A stretch of 64,000 nucleotides of DNA from Chrysomallon squamiferum. Taxonomy: Eukaryota > Animalia > Mollusca. Position 1 is the first letter of the stretch; each line of letters begins with the position of its first letter. Positions 56,170 to 64,000 of this stretch are shown in pieces. The stretch is from the NCBI GenBank assembly GCA_012295275.1, contig CM022676.1:3038001-3102000 (forward strand), in the 5' to 3' direction. The notes beneath the pieces were generated by a model. It had not been told where the DNA came from. It saw nothing but the letters and a program-made list of their open reading frames with translations, and ran no database searches. Both the position numbers and the translations under genes were made by a program.

Positions 56170-56590
56170 GGAAAAACCACCAACCCCGTCCCAAAATATA
56201 CAAGATCAACAACAAATCAACAACAATTACATATATACACATATATGTTTTCTTATCAGTCAATACATAATAAGGTAAGATGTATACTTTTATAAGGTGA
56301 TATATGGGAACTTTTCGAAATGCTACTTAAAAAGAAATTATTCACATGATTAAAATGTTCATTAATAAAAATGATATAATAGCTGTTCAAAGTTAACTTT
56401 TGAAAACAAAACATTAAATTAAAAAAAACTTCCTCTTCTAAGTCTGTTTTAGAAACTATTTTAGAAATAAAAGCTAAAACTTCCTGTAATGATTTGAGCG
56501 GTTAAAATGTGCTATACTCATAAAATCATTATTCATTACTATTGTTGAGGTTGTTATTATTATTGTTACTATCATCATCATTAACTCCTG

Positions 56591-56627
<37 letters not shown>

Positions 56628-56742
56628 TCACCTGACTGTTTCATAGCAAACATGAATCTGTGCCGTCTATCCCAGTATTTCCAAATTTTATAATATTTAA
56701 CATTTTTTTTTTTTATCATTTTCTGTATTTTTCATTTTATTA

Positions 56743-56777
<35 letters not shown>

Positions 56778-56798
56778 CGTCTTTGCTTTCTCCGTTAC

Positions 56799-57125
56799 CT
56801 TTCTTCATAACCATTAGTACTTTACTCGTTAGCGTTCCCACTTGACATCTCAGCCTGCTGATGTCTCGCTCGCCTGCGTGTTCTACCATCAGCACAAAAT
56901 CTTTCGCGTCTCCAGTGGTGTTAGCGCAGCGACAGGTAAAACGAAGGTATTGTGGCGTCCCTTTGCAGTTTGTGCCAATTGTACACACTGCGTGGTACCT
57001 CACTCCCAAACCCCTTTGGAATACGAGAGGCGATTTCATAAGGGAAGAAGAATGGACAGTGCATGTCAATATATACGTGTTTCCATAATATGCACTGGTT
57101 GCGCCACTGATTGTCACATATAATC
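56799..57125 (-). CDS. Gene F V-like domain 2, class II
   Basis: 327 nt, phase 1-1; YILTC...VCTIGTNC...TCRC...LRC. Confidence 0.88.
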
Positions 57126-57191
57126 CTGAAAATTGAAATTCGAAACCTTAGTTAGGAAACTGAATGAATGCCCTATTATGTAATAATAATA

Positions 57192-57253
<62 letters not shown>

Positions 57254-57505
57254 CGTAATAATAATAATAATAAAATAATAATAATAAGAATAAAATAGAA
57301 TAAAACAATAATAATAAAAAAAATTATAAAACAAATAAAATAATAAAATAGACCATCTAGTCATTGGCAAAAAAATTATAAAACAATTAGCCTTTTATCT
57401 AGTGTTTTGGGAATAGTTAATAGTTAAAATTCAAATCTTAGCCTTTTTATCTCCCAGTTTTCTCTTTTTTTTTTTTTTTTATTTTTCTTTTGTGAGACTG
57501 TTTAT

Positions 57506-57638
<133 letters not shown>

Positions 57639-58434
57639 AGATATCAATCCATGTGTGTGTGTATATGTGTGTTGTGTGTTTGTGTATTCCTCCATCAGTT
57701 CATCTTTTTAGATATTAGTCCATCCATATATCTGTTTGTCTTTATGTATGTCTGTCTATCTGTCTACTTGTCTGTATGTATGTCTGTCTACATTTCGTCT
57801 TGTTTTGTTTTTCTATGTACCATTTTATCCAAATACTTCGCTAAAATATACATATATCGATGCACGGACTTTTAAATAAATGCACACAGAAACAAAAATA
57901 GAGCGAGAAATAGAATGAAATTAAATAAGAGAAATAGAAAATGATCATGATAAACGTGAAGATTCAGAAATAAGGACTATCTACATTAGGCAACCTTTTA
58001 TCTCACTTTCTTTCTTTTCTTTTTGTCTTTCAACTTTTCTGGAAGTTTTACACATGGAAAAAAGTTAATATTAGATGGGTTTCTGTGCAGGGTGTGTGTG
58101 TGTGACCGCGTTCGTCTGTATGTATCTATCTTTCTACGCATTCTCTTCTGTCTTCTGTTCTCGGTTTCACATATCTGTTAGTATCTTTCTATATAATCTC
58201 TGCATATTTATTGTCTGTCGGTATTTATGTAGCTATTAATTTGTCTCTTTTTATCTTTTTTAATTGTTCTCCAAATCTCAGTTGATGACTATGTTTATCT
58301 GTGAATCTATTTTTTCCATAAATGCATTTCTTCTGTCGTTATTATATGTCTAGTATGTCTATCACTCTTTACCTACAACTCGTACAGTGTCAGTTTATAA
58401 AACGTATTAATATTTACGAGTCTGGTTTATAAAG

Positions 58435-58591
58435 AAGGCCTGGGCAACCTTTTTCGAGAAGAGGGCCACATGAGACATGGTTGATCCTCAGGCGGGCCGC
58501 AGGTGCTAATTTAATCGTAGTTTTTATTATTCCTTGTGAAATTAGGCGGGCCACTCAGAAAGCCACGCGGGCTGCAGTTCGCCCATGACTG
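58435..58591. mobile_element. hAT-like MITE
   Basis: Imperfect TIRs AAGGCCTGGGCAAC / GTTCGCCCATGACTG, internal GCGGGCC motifs, flanked by the direct repeat TTTATAAAG (58426-58434 and 58592-58600). Confidence 0.75.
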
Positions 58592-58803
58592 TTTATAAAG
58601 AATGTAGGATTATATATAATGACAGGTTGTTGAATACAGGCATATATATATATATATATATACACACAGACAGCCAAAACAACAGCGATAAAAAGACGTT
58701 TGATGGAATAGAAATTCAACGAAGAAAATGCAATGAGAAAAACAGTAAGAAATGTGACTGTTTAGAAAGAAAAATAATTTAATGACGAATGCTTTTATCT
58801 CAC

Positions 58804-58833
58804 CTTCTTTCGACACGGCTGGAACTTTTGCAC
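58804..58833 (-). CDS. 30-nt microexon GAKVPAVSKE
   Basis: TTTGTCAG/GTGAGA, phase 1-1. Confidence 0.65.
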
Positions 58834-59083
58834 CTGACAAAGACAAGTAATATTAATTCCACACTCTAAGTTAGTTTTTTTTTTGAATGAGCGTGTATTT
58901 GTGTGTTTATAACACTGTATATCGCTCTGTGTGAGTGTTTGTCTGTACAGTTTTAAACAGTTAGATGCTACTGTATTTATCTATTCAACTAGATATGTCC
59001 TCTACAAAGGAATGCAGACATTATATTATTTGAGAGTCTAAGAAATAAAGGCATATCATAATCCAATCTCGTTATGTGTTGAC

Positions 59084-59133
<50 letters not shown>

Positions 59134-59481
59134 AAACACAATTAAGAAATATTAATCAATTTCTTTATTTTATTTCTATTGACTTTTCTCTGTCTCTTAA
59201 CAGGCCGCAGTCTGTGTATTTCTCTTTCTTTCTCTCTGTATTTGTCTCTGTTTTTCCACTCTTTGTCTTACTCTCTGATGTGTCTGTCCGTGTTTCTGAA
59301 TAATATGTGTATGTATACGTGTTTCGATTTATCTACATATTTACGCATCTGTTCATTGTTATACTCGTATGTTCTTCTTGTTTCTTCATTATACGCTACA
59401 CAGAGTATTATTACGTGACAGCCCTTCTAAAAGACAGAAATATAAAAACATTCGTCCAACTAGTGTAAACATCTCTCTCAC

Positions 59482-59517
59482 CTTTTTTGCCTGGCGGCTG
59501 TCCTGGAAACGATGAAG
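59482..59517 (-). CDS. 36-nt microexon ASSFPGQPPGKK
   Basis: TTTTGTCAG/GTGAGA, phase 1-1, GC-rich island. Confidence 0.68.
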
Positions 59518-59946
59518 CTGACAAAAAATGATAAAATATTTTTTGCTTATGTATTTTCATAGACATTCCCTCATGTTACTATCTGTATCTGTCTATCTCT
59601 CTATTGATTTCTCTATCAGTCTATCAGTCTATCTGCGTATCTATCTATCTATCTATCTATGTTCTATCTATCGATCTATCTATGTATCTATCTAATTATC
59701 TATCTGTACAGCCATATTTCAATGCGGCAGTGTGTGTTTATATGTTTATCTCCCTCTGTCTCTATTTCTCTAGTCTTTCCTTATAATATTTGTTTCACTC
59801 TGTCTCATAGTTCTATCAGTATTTCTGTTATGTATCTGGATATTGATTTACATAGCTTTCATTATGATACGTGTTTATTCTAGTGTCTTCGTTATACACT
59901 ATAGAGAGGTGAAAGAGTTGTATCGACATCATATATATGTGTCTGC

Positions 59947-59978
<32 letters not shown>

Positions 59979-59995
59979 GTTGTTTGATTTGTTAC

Positions 59996-60322
59996 CTTTC
60001 TTCTGAACGGACATTATCCTGCTCGTTTTCGTTCCCACCATGCATCTCAGCTTACTAACATCGCTCTTCCTGGCTTGGGTTATTGTCATTTGGTAAACTT
60101 TCGTGTCTCCAGTGGTGCTTGTACATTTGCACTGGTAACGAGATTCTGTAGATGACTGTGTGCACGATGGTTGGACTGTGCAAACAGACGTGAAAGTTGT
60201 TCCCGAAGCACTCTGGAAAACCAAGGGCTCCGAAATAGATGACGCAGGCGAAACAGAACAAGAGAGCACATAGTCGGTTCCATAAACTGTACTGGCCGCT
60301 CCACTGATCTTAACAGATAATT
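59996..60322 (-). CDS. Gene F V-like domain 1, class II
   Basis: 327 nt, phase 1-1; YVLSC...VCTVQPSC...QCKC...LRC. Confidence 0.88.
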
Positions 60323-60929
60323 CTGAAAATTAAGATCAAGATGTCATGCATATGCCTGATTATTTCTACATGGAACTTAGCTTGTAGCTTTGATGTTTCT
60401 TCTTGAGAAGATTTAAGAAATGAACTGAAACCTTGTGCAAACTCTCTTTCAAAAGCCAAAGGCAATGATGACGTCAGGGAAGAGGGAGACGCCGAACGCA
60501 GTGATACATACTTCTCTCCCAACTTAACGATATTTGATGCTTTTATCTCAAGAGATAGTACTGAAAATTTAAAGATAATTTAAAGTGTCTTGAGAACATA
60601 TTTTCTTCATATCTTTATTACAATTTAAGAAAATATTGCAAAAATGTAAAACATTCGACATAGCCACTTATTTTGAAATCTTTAATTATATTAGATATCT
60701 TAATCATCATCATGACCTTCGTCATCATTATCAAAAGTAAATAAAGGAAATAACTGGTTACTCTGTTCATCATGCAGAGGTCCCAGGGACGATTAATAAT
60801 AATAACAAATAATTGAAAAATTATAAAGCAAACAAAACCAAATAAGATATATGTGTGTGTGTGCATGTGTGTGTGTGTGTGTGTGCGTGCGTGTATACAC
60901 ACCCACACACACACACACATTCGTTTCAC

Positions 60930-60950
60930 CTTTATTACCTTTTGCCTGTC
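60930..60950 (-). CDS. Possible 12- or 21-nt microexon GQAK(GNK)
   Basis: TTTTGCAG acceptor with two in-phase donors (GTAATA after 60939, GTGAAA after 60930). Confidence 0.4.
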
Positions 60951-61132
60951 CTGCAAAATAAAATAATATAAATCTCATAAATTTGTCGTTTTCTCTGTCT
61001 AATTTCTTATCTCACTACGTAGAAATGTATGTTTGTCTGTCTTAAGATTTAAACCTTCATAAAGGCAGTCAGAAATATAAAACTAAATAGAGAAGATGAA
61101 AATGACAGTAAACATGACCATACAGAAATAAA

Positions 61133-61218
<86 letters not shown>

Positions 61219-61289
61219 TGTATTTATGTATGTATGTATGTATGTATATATATGTATATGTATCTCTGTATGTATCTATGTATGTGTGA

Positions 61290-62080
61290 GTGTATATTAC
61301 CTTAATGTAATCGTGAATGTGAAATAATTTAGATGTTAAAGTATTCGTACTAATTAAATGTAGATTTCTTTGTAAAGATAATCGTATATTTCTTAAACGG
61401 TTATATTTGTAATGCATCTAAACCAAACCCGATTATTATAACAGTCCGTCAATATCAGTAAAAGACAATTTATAGTATTATGTCAATACCTGAAATAATT
61501 TCGATTCGCCTGAAGAATAATGCTAATATCAAAGATACTAACGAAACTGTTGACATGGCTGCGTTAATTGTACGTCATTTACCTGAAACGCGGAATTAAT
61601 CGGGTGAAATTTGAATAAAGATTGTTACTATGAGTTGAGTTTCACAGTAAATGTTAAAATAGTTTCATTAACAAAATACAAGGTGCATAAATAATCCAAA
61701 TATGATATACATTTTGAAGCGTGATGAATTTTTACACAGATAAAAAATATAACCGAAAATTTTAAAATATACTATGGGAGATAACTCTCTTGGCATTACA
61801 TATTCTTAAAAAGAAAAGTACGTCATAATATGGGTATTGAACCGGATTCGTATGCTTAAATTTAAGAAGAATTCATAATACTTCTTATGTACATCACCGG
61901 TTGGCGTTTTCGATCCGAAATTCATTTAAAAGTTATCTATCGAATGTGAACACCATAAAACCTATTCTTGTCATTCAGTTAAAATAATACGGAACTGCAC
62001 GGCGCTGTTATAGTCAGTTTAATTTGTTTTCGATTAGGACAGCTGGTGTTGTTGACCGGGTTCTGGTGTTCAACAAGGTA
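61290..62080 (-). promoter_or_regulatory. Conserved upstream block plus non-coding first exon of gene F (donor ATTAAG|GTAATA at 61300)
   Basis: Homologous to 42790-43620 (GGGAGATAACTCT, AACCGGATTCG, TTTCGATCCGAAA motifs) at a similar position before a V exon. Confidence 0.5.
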
Positions 62081-62394
62081 GTTTTTTTTTTTTTTTTTTT
62101 CGGGGGTGAGATGTTTGTTAGTTTTCTTCTTCTTCTTTCTTTCTGTTCGTTTTTTTTTTTTTTTTCTTTATGTTCGTTATTTTTCTTTCTTTCTTTTTAT
62201 TTATTTAATTATTTCAGATCTTGTTTTCTGTTTTTTTTTATTTGTTTGTAGTTGTTAGGTGTTTTTTCTTGGTTTTGTTAGATGTGCTTTAGTTTGGTCT
62301 TGGGGGATTTTGTTTATTTGGGTGGGATCGGTTTTATTTATTTATTTATTTATTTTTTATCAACTATAACCCATTGACTCCAGCCTCCGTAAAC

Positions 62395-62431
<37 letters not shown>

Positions 62432-62652
62432 GTTGTTGTTGTTGTTGTTCTTGTTGTTGTTCTGGTTGTGGTTTTTATTATTGCTATTACTATTAGTACT
62501 ACTACTACTACTACTACTACTACTACAACTACTACTTGTTATACTACTACTGCTGCTGCTGCTGTTATTATTGTTGTCATTGTGAATTTTGATATATTAG
62601 TATTATTGTTGTTGTTATTATTAGGATTTTTGATTCAGACAGACCAAATAAA

Positions 62653-62686
<34 letters not shown>

Positions 62687-63349
62687 GTAGTAGAGTTGAT
62701 ACACGTAATTCAATTCAGCTAATAGCCATTGGTGATTTTACAGGTAGATTCTGAAAATTTGAATTTAGTTAGAAGATAAATTTTTAATGAACAATATATG
62801 CATCAATAACTATTAACACATATTGAAATTAACTACTCAAAAGCAACTTTATTTATCTAATACCAGCGTGTATATCATTTTCATTGTGCGTGTGTCGTTT
62901 TGCGGGGGGTTTTGTGGGGGGTTATTATATTTATGAAGTAGTAGATTTATGAATATTCTTTAACCTCTTCATATCTGTCACTCTGGACAGTGATTATCTC
63001 GTCTCGGCAAAGTTATTCTCTATTATCAAACAGAAATTATTAAGAACTGTATGTTTTATTTTAACTGTTTGTTGTATCAAAATAGTACGTTATAATTATA
63101 ATGAGGTTAGACTTACAATCTCCACCATTTTCGATTATTAGACAGCTAAACAGATCGTTATGCAAAAACTAGGATATATAGCACCAAGCAAGAACAAAAA
63201 AAAAAAAAAAAAATAAAAAAAATAGGTGACGTAAACTCACAAAATGATCTAATTTAGGTTACCTCATTACGTCATCATTTTAGCTGCGAGACTCACGTTA
63301 CAGAAATCGAATCGTTCAGGCTATAGAGAGGTGTGTTTTGCATACAATG

Positions 63350-63405
<56 letters not shown>

Positions 63406-64000
63406 TTTCGTTTCTTCTACTTGCGGTAATAGAAGCGTTTGCCGTTGAGTAAAGGAAATTATGTCGAATAGGCAAGAAGAGTCCTGAACAGGAAAGTTTT
63501 AATCAGCTGTGACAAACTCGCATTTCAAATCAAAGTTAGTCTTCCATGTTTAATCTAATACTTATTATCCTTGTGGAATGATAACTTTGAGTCTCGACAA
63601 TACTTTTTCTCCAATATCAAACTCAGATTAAATAGAAATGAACTTAATTATTCATTGTTTTGTGTGTGTGTGTGCGTGTGTGTATGCGTGTGTGTATGTG
63701 TGTGTGTGTCTTTCTCTATGCCTTTATGTCCTACAACAACTATAAAGAGTAGCAAGATTTGATGACTACTTTAATTTATATATTTTCGTTCACTAATAGA
63801 CACATCTCCAGTGGTCTAAACCATTTTGAAAAATGGTTTTCATTTTAAAAATAGCAAATGAAGTTTTGTTATTTAAGAATTGTTTTGTTTTTAATGTATA
63901 GTTCTGATAGATAAAAAACCCAAAATAAAAACAAAACAAAAAAAAGCATTATACCCGTTAATCTACTATTCTCGAAAAGTGTGAATTGAGTTCTATAATA

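Noticed and set aside
63117-63128. ATGGTGGAGATT|GTAAGT as a start exon for gene F
   Set aside because: Phase 0, and the nearest good acceptor (~62751) leads to a stop within 12 codons; cannot be linked to the phase-1 Ig exons

Overview
AT-rich, microsatellite-dense, intron-rich animal DNA (invertebrate; mollusc/lophotrochozoan-like by composition and repeat style, which is inference only). Nearly the whole window is a cluster of immunoglobulin-superfamily (IgSF) cell-surface genes that I reconstructed by hand from splice sites and reading phase. Gene A (+, 1453-7416): signal, 6-Cys V-like domain, split C-like domain, hydrophobic GPI-type tail; exon 4 is frameshifted. Relic B (+, 11106-13361). 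Three tandem genes C1-C3 (-, ~8.0-8.4 kb period): signal, V, C2, GPI-type tail; C2 looks like a C1/C3 recombinant. An inverted, scrambled pseudogene (+, 36345-39103). Gene D (-, 39355-42029). A long gene F/E (-, 46412-~61100) with up to four V-like domains plus Pro/Lys/Glu/Thr-rich linkers encoded by arrays of phase-1 microexons. Two V-domain cysteine classes and three second-domain types occur in different combinations, all ending in a homologous tail. Also present: a truncated FLYWCH/MULE transposase with an inverted partial copy, a LINE remnant, MITEs and many microsatellites. Most short ORFs in the supplied track are microsatellite or antisense artefacts. No gene symbols can be assigned, and all gene models are predictions that lack transcript support.
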